Part shown: piece after piece, positions 13,899 through 26,063 of the stretch
Position numbering within the stretch: position 1 is the stretch's first letter
Layout of the letters: the number at the start of each line of letters is the position of its first letter
Origin: Pristiophorus japonicus
Taxonomy: Eukaryota
Reading direction: 5' to 3'
NCBI RefSeq assembly: GCF_044704955.1
Contig: NC_091998.1
Span: forward strand, 12,338,001-12,402,000
DNA: 64,000 bases
Program-made: the position numbers and the translations under genes
The notes under the pieces: model-generated
The model's database searches: none
What the model saw: only the letters and a program-made list of their open reading frames with translations
Told to the model about the DNA's origin: nothing

Positions 13899-14017
13899 GC
13901 TAAGCCACTCACAACTCAATAGCTCTACAAACAGGTGCATACATTACAGCTTCCAGTAGCAGTATACAGAAGCAGGCTTTTCCGAGAGGAACATTTGTCA
14001 TTAATAACACGCACCTC

Positions 14018-14135
14018 CAACGTTCCCCCGAATCGATCGCGAGATCCTGCGCAGGCCGCTAGAAGAGATACCGCGCATACGCGGCCGCTGCGTATTTAAA
14101 GGGACCGCGCACAAAAAAAATTAGAAGGAACTTTG
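14018..14135. mobile_element. Short hAT-like MITE
   Basis: Imperfect TIRs caacgttccc / ggaactttg around a GC-rich core; partly matching 8-bp flanks. Confidence 0.45.
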
Positions 14136-14704
14136 CTTGCCTCTCTCATCTGTCGCTCTGTACCTGTGTGATCTGGCAGCCCCCAGTCTGCTTGTTTTTC
14201 TGAGGTTCAAATGTTTTATTTATTTTCTTAAAGCAGCGTTCAGAACTGAAAAACGCTGCAGAGAATCAGTCTTCAATATTACTGTTTGTGCACCCAGGTT
14301 AGCAACTCGTGCTGCTCAGCATTCCGATTGTTTGTAATCTGGACAAGTTAAATTGAAGGTAGCGATATTTCAGTCTCAGCTTAATATAAACTAAGAAAAG
14401 ATTTAACTTGAATCATAGAATTTATAGCACGGAAGCTAGCTGTTCGTCCCAACTAGTCTTAGCCAGCGTATATGCTCCACACCAGCCTCCTCCCACCTCT
14501 CTTCATCTCATCCTATTAATATATCCTTCTATTCCTTTCTCCCTCGTGTGCTTATCCAGCTTCCTCTTAAATGCATCTATGCTAGTCACCTCAACCACTC
14601 CCTGTGGTAGTGAGTACCACATTCTCACCATCCTCTGGGTAAAAAGGTTTATCCTGAATTCCCTATTTACTTGGTAGTGATAATCTTATATTTGTGGACC
14701 CTAG

Positions 14705-15428
14705 GAGGACAGGCGCACCAACATCAGTGTCCTTGTCCAGGCTAACATCTCCAGTATTGAAGCACTGACCACATTCGATCAGCTTCGCTGGGCAGGCCAC
14801 ATAGTTCGTATTGTGTTCCTAACACAGATGAGACTGCACACAGGGAGGTTAAAGTAACAGTGACCTCAGTCTTTATTTTGACACTCCAGAGTGAGGAACG
14901 GGCCTTAGGGGCCGGCTTATATACAGTGCTCCCAAGGGATGCTGGGATCCCTTGAGACTTCAGAGGATGCGCTCCCTGGTGGCAGAACATGGGAGTGCAT
15001 GCTTTACAGATACACCACAGTTCGCATGCCACCCGAAGCAAATGCTCTATGCGGAGCTCCTTAATGGTAAACGAGCCAAAGGTGGACAGCGGAAATGTTA
15101 CAAGGACACCCTGAAAGCCTCCATGGTAAAGTGCGACATCACCACTGATGCCTGGGAGACCCTGGCCGAAGACTGCCCGAGGTGGGGAAAATGCATCCGG
15201 GAGGGCGCTGAGCTCCTCGAGTCTCATCGCAAAGAGCGTGAAGAGGTCAAGCGTAGACAGTGGAAGGAGCACGCGGCAAACCAGCCCCACCCACTCCTTC
15301 CATCGACAAATGTCTATCCCACCTGTAACAGGGTCTGTGGCTCTCATATCGGACTGTTCAGCCACCAAAGAACTCACTTTGGGAGTGGAAGCAAGTCTTC
15401 CTCAATGCCGAGGGACTGCCTATAATGA
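14705..15428 (+). mobile_element. RTE 3' fragment inserted in an old CR1 tail (14410-15590)
   Basis: RTE peptides; 12-bp TSD tgtggaccctag at 14693-14704 and 15429-15440. Confidence 0.85.
14809..15019 (-). mobile_element. Solo LTR (Gypsy-type), 211 bp
   Basis: 5-bp TSD gttcg (14804-14808 and 15020-15024). Minus strand starts TG and has TATATAA and AATAAA. Interrupts the RTE exactly. Confidence 0.85.
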
Positions 15429-16131
15429 TGTGGACCCTAGTTTTGGACTCACCCACAAGTGGAAATACTCTCTCTACACCTACCCTCTCAAACGTTTCAT
15501 AATCATAAAGACCTCTATTAAGTCACCCCTCAGTCTCTTTTCCAGAGCAAAAGATTCCTTGTCTGTTCAGTCTCTCCTGATACTAACAGATCGCCAATGG
15601 CATTGCTTACAATAGGGCACTGGATTTGCTGTTAAATAAGGACAGAAACATTATAAGATATAACTCACAACGTGTTATTCTGTTGCTAAAATGCAGCTGT
15701 GTGTGACTGGGGGTGATTTTAACCCTACTCAACAATAGAATTTAGGCAGGTGGATAATTAAAATGCCCCAGATTCCCATCAGGGGATTCTTACTTCATAG
15801 AATCATAGAATGGTTACAGCACAGGAGGTCACCATTCGGCCCGTCAAGCCCGTGCCGGCTCTCTGCAAGAGCACTTAAACTAATCCCACTCCTCCCACCC
15901 CTTTCCCATAGCCCTGCAAAACTTTTTCCTTCAGGTACTTATCCAATTCCCTTTTGAAAGCCACAATTTAATGCATCTCCACCACCCTTTCAGGCAGTGC
16001 ATTCCAGATCCTAACCGCTCGCTGCGTATAAAAGCTATTCCTCGTGTCTTCTTTGGTTCTTCTGCCAATTACCTTAAATCTGACTCCTCTGGTTCTCGAC
16101 CCTTCTACCAATGGGAACAGTTTCTCTCTAT

Positions 16132-16540
16132 ATGTGGCTCAGTGCATTGCACACTCGCTTCTGAGACATGAAGGTTGTGAGTTCAAGTCCCATTCTAGAG
16201 ACTTGAGCACAAAAATCTAGGCTGACACTCCAGCGCTGCACTGTCGGAGGAGCCATCTTTTGGATGAGACATTAAACCGAGGCCCCGTCTGCCCTCTCAA
16301 GTGAACGTAAAAGATCCCATGTCGCTATTTCAAAGAAGAGCAGGGGAGTTATCTCCAGTGTCCTGGCCAAGATTTATCCTTCAATCAACATCGCTAAAAA
16401 GATTATCTGGCCATTGTCACATTGGTGTCTGTGGGAGCTTGCTGTGTGCAAATTGGCTGCCGTGGTTCCCACGTTACAAAGCACTTTGAGACGTCAGGTG
16501 GTTGTGAAAGGCGCTATATAAATGCAAGTCTGTCTGTGAG
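16132..16540 (+). mobile_element. tRNA-derived Deu-domain SINE (SacSINE1-like)
   Basis: A box gtggctcagtg, B box gttcaagtccc, central Deu-like domain, L2-like tail aggcgctatataaatgcaagt (tail tandemly duplicated to ~16590). Confidence 0.7.
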
Positions 16541-16589
16541 ACATCTGGTGGTTGTGAAAGTCGCTATTGAAATGCAAGTCTTTCTTTCT

Positions 16590-19500
16590 AACTGATCAAC
16601 AAGCATTTAACAGTGATTCTTAAACTTGTTAATCCCAACATACTCCCAGGGTCATTTGCAAATATTGTCTGGGGAATCCTCATTTCACAAAGAGAATGCC
16701 AGCAAGTCAATGGTAACCAGTGGTATCATCGCAATAATTATTATTTTTTATATTAGTAATCAGCAATAAAAAATAAATGAAATCTACAGATGCTGAAAAT
16801 CAAACAAAAACGTTGAGCTGTAAACACATTAGGGAAAGAGGGAGAAAAGAGCAAAAAGGGAGCAGCCAAAATGTACAGCTACCCCCAACCTCCCTCTTGG
16901 CACTTGTCCAAAGTCCAATCATGACACTTACTTCATGAGTAGGAACCGAACTACCCCATCAGACGCTCTCACCAACCGTTGTTTCCTGGTCCCTATGCCA
17001 GCTGACATAAGTGATTCCCTCCCTTCAGGTTAAGTTCTCTATTCCTTTCATAGCTGCCATCACTACCCTCCTCAAAAAACTACGCTCGACCCCTCCCGCC
17101 CGACTGGGAAAGCAGGGGCGGGGTGGGGAGTTTAGTCTTAATGGGTGGGTAGTGGTGGTGCAGGAAGTTAAAGTGTTAAAAATCTGAATCCCAACCAGAA
17201 GCTGCCTTTTTCCGGTTTTAACGGAGCGGGATGGGGCACGCAGCCAATCTGCTCCCAGACGACGGGTTCGCCTAGTTAATTATGATGAGGCTGGAAGCCT
17301 CCGATTTAACCTCTATTTAACTTCAGTTGGTCAGTTTTCGCAGGCCTTGTGAAACCCGCCAGCAAATGGAAGGCAAAGCCTGCTGGATCCAGGAAGATAG
17401 TGCCTTTACACTTACCTCCTCGATAGAAACATAGAAAATAGGTGCAGGAGTAGGCAATTCGGCCCTTCTAGCCTGCACCGCCATTCAGTGAGTTCATGGC
17501 TGAACATACAACTTCAGTACCCCATTCCTGCTTTCTCGCCATACCCCTTGATCCCCCTAGTAGTAAGGACTTCATCTAACTCCTTTTTGAATATATTTAA
17601 TGAATTGGCCTCAACAACTTTCTGTGGTAGAGAATTCCACAGGTTCACCACTCTCTGGGTGAAGAAGTTCCTCCTCATCTCAGTCCTAAATGGCTTACCC
17701 CTTATCCTTAGACTGTGACCCCTGGTTCTGGACTTCCCCAACATTGGGAACATTTTTCCTGCATCTAACCTGTCTAAACCCATCAGAATTTTAAACATTT
17801 CTATGAGGTCCCCTCTCATTCTTCTGAACTCCAGTGAATACAAGCCCAGTTGATCCAGTCTTTCTTCATAGATCAGTCCCGCCATCCCGGGAATCAGTCT
17901 GGTGAACCTTCGCTGCACTCCCTCAAAAGCAAGAATGTCCTTCCTCAGGTTAGGAGACCAAAACTGTACACAATACTCCAGGTGTGGCCTCACCAAGGCC
18001 CTGTACAACTGTAGCAACACCTCCCTGCCCCTGTACTCAAATACCCTCGCTATGAAGGCCAACATGCCATTTGCTTTCTTAACCGCCTGCTGTACCTGCA
18101 TGCCAACCTTCAATGACTGATGTACCATGACACCCAGGTCTTGTTGCATCTCCCCTTTTCCTAATCTGTCACCATTCAGATAATAGTCTGTCTCTCTGTT
18201 TTTACGACCAAAGTGGATAACCTCACATTTATCCACATTATACTTCATCTGCCATGCATTTGCCCACTCACCTAACCTATCCAAGTCGCTCTGCAGCCTC
18301 ATAGCATCCTCCTTGCAGCTCACACTGCCATCCAACTTAGTGTCATCTGCAAATTTGGAGATACTACATTTAATCCCCTCGTCTAAATCATTAATGTACA
18401 GTGTAAACAGCTGGGGCCCCAGCACAGAACCTCGCGGTACCCCACTAGTCACTGCCTGCCATTCTGAAAAGTCCCCATTTACTCCCACTCTTTGCTTCCT
18501 GTCTGACAACCAGTTCTCAATCCATGTCAGCACACTACCCCCAATCCCATGTGCTTTAACTTTGCACATTAATCTCTTGTGTGGGACCTTGTCGAAAGCC
18601 TTCTGAAAGTCCAAATATACCACATCAACTGGTTCTCCCTCGTCCACTCTACTGGAAACATCCTCAAAAAATTCCAGAAGATTTGTCAAGCATGATTTCC
18701 CTTTCACAAATCCATGCTGACTTGGACCTATCATGTCACCTCTTTCCAAATGCGCTGCTATGACATCCTTAATAAATCCATGCTGACTGGCCTATAATTC
18801 CCTGTTTTCTATCTCCCTCCTTTTTTAAAAAGTGGGGTTACATTGGCTACCCTCTACTCGATAGGAACTGATCCAGAGTCAATGGAATGTTGGAAAATGA
18901 CTGTCAATGCATCCGCTATTTCCAAGGCCACCTCCTTAAGTACTCTGGGATGCAGTCCATCAGGCCCTGGGGATTTATCGGCCTTCAATCCCATCAATTT
19001 CCCCAACACAATTTCCCGACTAATAAGGATTTCCCTCAGTTCCTCCTTCTTACTAGACCCTCTGACCCCTTTTATATCCGGAAGGTAGTTTGTGTCCTCC
19101 TTAGTGAATACCGAGCCAAAGTACTTGTTCAAGTGGTCCGCCATTTCTTTGTTCCCCGTTATGACTTCCCCTGATTCTGACTGCAGGGGACCTACATTTG
19201 TCTTTACTAACCTTTTTCTCTTTACATATCTATAGAAACTTTTTCAGTCCGTCTTAATGTTTCCTGCAAGCTTCTTCTCGTACTCCATTTTCCCTGCCCT
19301 AATCAAACCCTTTGTCCTCCTCTGCTGAGTTCTAAATTTCTCCCAGTCCCCGGGTTCGCTGCTATTTCTGGCCAATTTGTATGCCACTTCCTTGGCTTTA
19401 ATACTATCCTTGATTTCCCTTGATAGCCACGGTTGAGCCACCTTCCCTTTTTTATTTTTACGCCAGACAGGAATGTACAATTGTTGTAGTTCATCCATGC

Positions 19501-20700
19501 AGTCTCTACATGTCTGCCATTGCCCATCCACAGTCAACCCCTTAAGTATCATTCGCCAATCTATCCTAGCCAATTCACGCCTCATACCTTCAAAGTTACC
19601 CTTCTTTAAGTTCTGGACCATGGTCTCTGAATTAACTGTTTCATTCTCCATCCTAATGCAGAATTCCACCATATTATGGTCACTCTTCCCCAAGGGGCCT
19701 CACACAACGAGATTGCTAATTAATCCTCTCTCATTACACAACACCCAGTCTAAGATGGCCTCCCCCCTCGTTGGTTCCTCGACATATTGGTCTAGAAAGC
19801 CATCCCTTATGCACTCCAGGAAATCCTCCTCCACCGTATTGCTTCCAGTTTGGTTAGCCCAATCTATGTGCATATTAAAGTCACCCATTATAACTGCTGC
19901 ACCTTTATTGCATGCACCCCTAATTTCCTGTTTGATGCCCTCCCCAACATCACTACTACTGTTTGGAGGTCTGTACACAACTCCCACTAACGTTTTTTGC
20001 CCTTTGGTGTTCTGCAGCTCTACCCATATAGATTCCACATCATCCAAGCTAATGTCCTTCCTAACTATTGCATTAATCTCCTCCTTAACCAGCAATGCTA
20101 CCCCACCTCCTTTTCCTTTTATTCTATCCTTCCTGAATGTTGAATACCCCTGGATGTTGAGTTCCCAGCCCTGATCATCCTGGAGCCATGTCTCTGTAAT
20201 CCCAATCGCATCATATTTGTTAACATCTATTTGCACAGTTAATTCATCCACTTTATTACGGATACTCCTTGCATTAAGACACAAAGCATCCCTGCCTAAC
20301 CCCATCCTAATGGGCATCTAACGTCGCGTTAGAGGTTCTAATCCTGGAACCCCCTCCCCAACAGCACTGCGGGAGCATCTTCACCACACGGACTGCAGCG
20401 GTTCAAGAAGGCGGCTCACCACCACCTTCTCACGGGCAATTAGAGATGAGCAATAAATGCTGGCCTAGCCCAAATCACAGACTCAATAACAAAAATATGT
20501 TGCATTAGTGCGTCTAATGTTGTAGTCCTACTGTTAGTTTCGAACCCAGTTTTGCAGCTGCTCCACACATTCCAGAGGCTGTTGCACTGATGGCCAGTTG
20601 CGAGGAACAGCTTCCTCCAGCGACCGGGGCCCGCCCCAACTCACCCGCCCGCCGCCTCTGCCTTGCGCAGGCGCACTTGTCCCGGGAACAGTTCCCACCT
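16590..20700 (-). pseudogene. Exon-less relic of a cyclophilin gene unit (intron 1 homolog), split by a CR1
   Basis: 16590-17420 is colinear with intron 1 of copy 3 (49210-49820) and copies 1/2; 20286-20335 and 20525-20700 match the rest of intron 1. No exon 1 or exon 2 sequence found. Confidence 0.7.
17424..20286 (-). mobile_element. Young CR1 LINE (ORF2 APE + RT, few disruptions)
   Basis: ORFs 19700-20317, 19244-19693, 18854-19144 and 17514-18749; CR1 tail. Confidence 0.95.
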
Positions 20701-20716
20701 GAATTTCACAAGTGCT

Positions 20717-21323
20717 TTCCATTCAAAGATCAGTGTTTCTGCACAAGGTCCTGCAAATCCATTGGCAGGATAGGCGCACCGATGTCAGTGTTCTCTCTCA
20801 GGCCAATATCCCCAGCTTCGAGGCATTGACCATGCTCAATCAGCTCCGATAGACGGGCCACATTGTCCACATGCCTGATGCTAGACTCCCGAAACAATAT
20901 GCTAGACTCCCGAAACAAGTAATCTACTCCGAGCTACGTCACGCAGGCGAGTTCCCAGGAGGCAGAGAAAATGCTTCGAGGACGCCTTCTAGGCTTCCCT
21001 GTAAAAGATCTAACATCCCGACCGACACTTGGGAATCCCTGGCCCAAGACCCTCAAAGCGGAGGAGAAGCATCCGAGAAGGCGCCGGACACTTTCGAGTC
21101 TCTTCGCCGGGAGCACGCGGAAGGCAAACTCAAACAGCGGAAGGAGCACACATCAAACCGAGCACACGTCAAACCAAGCACCCCACCCACCCATCCCTCC
21201 AACCACCGTCTGCCCCACCTGTGACAAGAGACTGTAGATTGGTCTCATCAGTCACCTTAGAACTCATTTTAGTGTGGAAGCAAGTCACCCTCGACTCTGA
21301 GGGACTGCCTAAGAAGAAGAAAC
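20717..21323 (+). mobile_element. RTE 3' fragment
   Basis: MPDARLPKQ...LRH peptides, (aag)n tail, cacaag(t/c)gc flanking repeat. Confidence 0.82.
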
Positions 21324-21355
21324 ACAAGCGCAGTAACTGCAAGGCTCAGAAACTA

Positions 21356-22982
21356 AAGCTGAGATTTTGCGGGGGGCGGTCAGGGGTGGGAAAGTGGTTT
21401 TTCTCCCCAGCGGGTCAGGACCCCACTGCCATGCGTGCTTTTCCTCGATGTCGGTTCTGTTAGCGCTGAGCAGACCCTACAAGCAGCGGCAGCGGACCCA
21501 ATTCAGGTAATCATGACCTTCTTTGGAGATCATTAAGAATACATTTGATTTTTTACATGCTCGCCCACGGGGATCACTTCTGTTATGCTGAGGCGGGAAA
21601 TGAATGGCCATTGAATCAGCTGATTATTTGACTGCATGAATTGTGCTATAAAAGTTCCCACTTCACAGCTGTTCACTCTCCAAGCTCAGAAGTGGTTGCT
21701 TACTGCATTTGGAAGACAGATTGAGCTTTATGCAGGTCGCAAGTGTTTGGAGCAAACTCTCTTTCCAGTGTCACCTCATTGGAACAACCTCTCTCACCAT
21801 CTATTCCATCAGCATGGATGCCCTTTATACTCTCCCACTTGGTCCTCAAACTCCCACCACGATCAGCCCCAACACACACACCAGCATCACTGACAACACC
21901 AACCTCTGCAATCAACTGATGCTGCACAGGGCAGAGAGCATCAACGCCCAACCAGATTGCTGCCCGGGTGCCAGGGATGGCCTCACCATGGCCAGATTTA
22001 CTTCACTTGACACTATATCCTGGCTGCCACATGATGCACCAGGTTGGCACTACACCAACACCATAAAGCATCCCTGCAATGTCCAAGCTATTCCTTTCAC
22101 AATCTGGACGATTGAGGGGTACCGTTAAGTCTCACCATTCACTGCAAATCACTGAGCCACTTCCAAAGGTGCACACAAATCTGTTGAACGCAAAACGTTG
22201 AAAATAAAAGGTTTCAGTGTTTGACACCACATTACTAGAAGCTTCACATGAACATTGCATAAAACACCCAAATGCCTAACCTTGTGTGTTGTTAGTTGGT
22301 ATGATTGTACTAGGATGAGGGCATGTGAGAGAGGTGGCGAGTGAGGTGGGGATCTGATAATAGAGGAATGGCTGGAGGTGCAAGGTGAGTTTTATTGAGT
22401 AAAGATGTGCAGGAATGGGGTAGGTTAGGCAGAGTGATGGGAATGTGATGAGAGGCACAGCAGGATGAGGTTGAGTGTGGCTTTGTACTAACGTTTTGTG
22501 ATGTACTGAGATCATTGAAAGGTTTATGGCACTGCACCCAGGTCATACTGACCACATCCCTGCTTGTGCCCTCCTCCACAAATGAGCAACTAGGCTGTGT
22601 TGATCTCCTGGGGACATCTCTTCCGCCTATGGGAAGGGAAGAGAACCTCCCTGGTGCTGTGATTTCCTCCATAAGTATATGAAGGGCATCATGGGAGAGC
22701 CAGTGTGCAACCCTGTGGCTCTGTGCAGCCATTATCACTGTTTGCAGTACCTCAATGCTGCAGAACACTGACAAAACAAATGTCAAAATGAAGTTGGCCA
22801 TGGTCCCTTTGAGGAAACCGGCTGATGACACATCAAATGACATCACCAGACTTGCTTCCTCGAAATGCACTGGGCAGGCTTAACAAGCCCAAACAATGCA
22901 AGATCATTTCATAGAGCGGGATCGGGACACACCCTTGACACCGCCCACCACAGACCCGCCGAGGTCAGCAAAATCGCAGCCC
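21356..22982 (-). mobile_element. Degenerate PIF/Harbinger-type DNA transposon with Myb/SANT-like ORF remnant
   Basis: TIRs gctgagattttgc / gcaaaatcgcagccc. Remnant ...DALHILMEE...EEGTSRDVVSMTWVQCHKPFNDL resembles the Harbinger Myb-like DNA-binding protein. Confidence 0.6.
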
Positions 22983-23375
22983 AAGACTTTAGTCCTTCTA
23001 AATTTACCAACCATTTGTGCATTTGATCATACAGCCTTTGAGAGACACCTCACGGTGAATTTTAACCCTCAAAAACGGGTGGGTTGGCGTCGGGCCTGAA
23101 AGTCATTAAAAAAAAATCTCAAACTCGACCACTTCTGGGTTTAACAGCCAGGACAAAGGGGCAGACAGCAAACCCGCTCCCAGGAGGCGGGTTGGCAATT
23201 TAAATATTTTAATGAAGCTGGCAGCCTCTGATTTAACCTACTTTGCAGTTTTACTGTGGCAGCCGGATTTCCCAAGCCTCGGGAAACCCAGCAGCTGAAA
23301 GGAAGGCAAGGACAGCTGCAGGAAGGCGATAAGTGCCTTTACAACACTGCTTGTCGGCCAGGGGGATCTGGGGTA

Positions 23376-26063
23376 CATAGAAACATAGAAAATAGGTGCA
23401 GGAGTAGGCCATTCGGCCCTTCTAGCCTGCACCGCCATTCAATGAGTTCATGGCTGAACATTCAACTTCAGTACCCCATTCCTGCTTTCTCGCCATACCC
23501 CTTGATCCCCCGAGTAGTAAGGACCTCATCTAACTTCTTTTTGAATATATTTAGTGAATTGGCCTCAACAACTTTCTGTGGTAGAGAATTCCACAGGTTC
23601 ACCACTCTCTGGGTGAAGAAGTTCCTCCGCATCTCGGTCCTAAATGGCTTACCCCTTATCCTTAGACTGTGACCTCTGGTTCTGGACTTCCCCAACATTG
23701 GGAACATTCTTCCTGCATCTAACCTGTCTAACCCCGTCAGAATTTTAAATGTTTCTATGAGGTCCCCTCTCATTCTTTTGAACTCCAGTGAATACAAGCC
23801 CAGTTGATCCAGTCTTTCTTGATAGGTCAGTCCCGCCATCCCGGGAATCAGTCTGGTGAACCTTCGCTGCACTCCCTCAATAGCAAGAATGTCCTTCCTC
23901 AGGTTAGGAGACCAAAACTGTACACAATACTCCAGGTGTGGCCTCACCAATGCCCTGTACAACTGTAGTAACACCTCCCTGCCCCTGTACTCAAATCCCC
24001 TTGCTATGAAGGCCAACATGCCATTTGCTTTCTTAACCGCCTGCTGCACCTGCATGCCAACCTTCAATGACTGATGTACCATGACACCCAGGTCTCTTTG
24101 CACCTCCCCTTTTCCTAATCTGTCACCATTCAGATAATAGTCTGTCTCTCTGTTTTTACCACCAAAGTGGATAACCTCACATTTATCCACATTATACTTC
24201 ATCTGCCATGCATTTGCCCACTCACCTAACCTATCCAAGTCGCTCTGCAGCCTCACAGCATCCTCCTCGCAGCTCACACTGCCACCCAACTTAGTGTCAT
24301 CCGCAAATTTGGAGATACTACATTTAATCCCCTCATCTAAATCATTAATGTACAGTGTAAACAGCTGGGGCCCCAGCACAGAACCTTGCGGTACCCCACT
24401 AGTCACTGCCTGCCATTCTGAAAAGTCCCCATTTACTCCTACTCTTTGCTTCCTGTCTGACAACCAGTTCTCAATCCATGTCAGTACACTACCCCCAATC
24501 CCATGTGCTCTAACTTTGCACATCAATCTCTTGTGTGGGACCTTGTCGAACGCCTTCTGAAAGTCCAAATATACCACATCAACTGGTTCTCCCTTGTCCA
24601 CTCTACTGGAAACATCCTCAAAAAATTCCAGAAGATTTGTCAAGCATGATTTCCCTTTCACAAATCCATGCTGACTTGGACCTATCATGTCACCTCTTTC
24701 CAAATGCACTGCTATGACATCCTTAATAATTGATTCCATCATTTTACCCACTACCGATGTCAGGCTGACCGGTCTATAATTCCCTGTTTTCTCTCTCCCT
24801 CCTTTTTTAAAAAGTGGGGTTACATTGGCTACCCTCCACTCCATAGGAACTGATCCAGAGTCAATGGAATGTTGGAAAATGACTGTCAACGCATCCACTA
24901 TTTCCAAGGCCACCTCCTTAAGTACTCTGGGATGCAGTCCATCAGGCCCTGGGGATTTATCGGCCTTCAATCCCATCAATTTCCCCAACACAATTTCCCG
25001 ACTAATAAGGATTTCCCTCAGTTCCTCCTCCTTACTAGACCCCCCGACCCCTTTTATAACCGGAAGGTTGTTCGTGTCCTCCTTCGTGAATACCGAACCA
25101 AAGTACTTGTTCAATTGGTCCGCCATTTCTTTGTTCCCCGTTATGACTTCCCCTGATTCTGACTGCAGGGGACCTACGTTTGTCTTTACTAACCTTTTTC
25201 TCTTTACATATCTATAGAAACTTTTGCAATCCGTCTTAATGTTCCCTGCAAGCTTCTTCTCATACTCCATTTTCCCTGCCCTAATCAAACCCTTTGTCCT
25301 CCTCTGCTGAGTTCTAAATTTCTCCCAGTCCCCAGGTTCGCTGCTATTTCTGGCCAATTTGTATGCCACTTCCTTGGCTTTAATACTATCCTTGATTTCC
25401 CTTGATAGCCACGGTTGAGCCACCTTCCCTTTTTTATTTTTATGCCAGACAGGAATGTACAATTGTTGTAGTTCATCCATGCGGTCTCTAAATGTCTGCC
25501 ATTGCCCATCCACAGTCAACCCCTTCAGTATCATTCGCCAATCCATCCCAGCCAATTCATGCCTCATACCTTCAAAGTTAGCCTTCTTTAAGTTCTGGAC
25601 CATGGTCTCTGAATTAACTGTTTCATTCTCCATCCCAATGCAGAATTTCACCATATTATGGTCACTCTTCCCCAAGGGGCCTCGCACAACGAGATTGCTA
25701 ATTAATCCTCTCTCATTACATAACACCCAGTCTAAGATGGCCTCCCCCCTAGTTGGTTCCTCGACATATTGGTCTAAAAAACCATCCCTTATGCACTCCA
25801 GGAAATCCTCCTCCACCGTATTGCTTCCAGTTTGGTTAGCCCAATCTATGTGCATATTAAAGTCACCCATTATAACTGCTGCACCTTTATTGCACGCACC
25901 CCTAATTTCCTGTTTGATGCCCTCCCCAACATCACAACTACTGTTTGGAGGTCTGTACACAACTCCCACTAACATTTTTGCCCTTTGGTATTCTGCAGCT
26001 CTACCCATATAGATTCCACATCATCCAAGCTAATGCCCTTCCTAACTATTGCCTTAATCTCCT
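23376..26063 (-). mobile_element. Young CR1 LINE, 5'-truncated, with uninterrupted 846-aa ORF2 portion
   Basis: ORF 23468-26008 covers the C-terminal half of the APE endonuclease and the complete RT. Confidence 0.96.

Larger units (their letters stand above)
10531..13948 (-). mobile_element. Partial LTR-like sequence (10531-10625 + 13918-13948) that is the host/target of three Tx1 insertions
   Basis: With inserts removed, the minus strand reads TGTAATGTATGCACC...GAGTTGTGAGTGGCTTAGCCAGTCACGTGATG...AATAAAACCCC: a TG start and an AATAAA. The other end is cut off at the CR1 junction. Confidence 0.55.

Noticed and set aside
10607-13917. CRISPR-like repeat-spacer arrangement of a 19-bp repeat
   Set aside because: The spacers are 0.3-1.5-kb homologous Tx1 LINE fragments in eukaryotic DNA; the repeats are TSDs and there are no cas genes.
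16132-16200. tRNA gene
   Set aside because: The A/B boxes are the head of a SINE continuing into Deu and L2-like tail sequence; no intact cloverleaf.
19473-20174. Recurrent antisense ORFs over CR1 copies (also 25455-26012 and 1591-2052)
   Set aside because: Shadow frames of ORF2, repeated only because the CR1 copies are near-identical.
22310-22870. Host Myb/SANT-domain gene
   Set aside because: Frameshifted and enclosed by TIRs; better explained as a Harbinger remnant.
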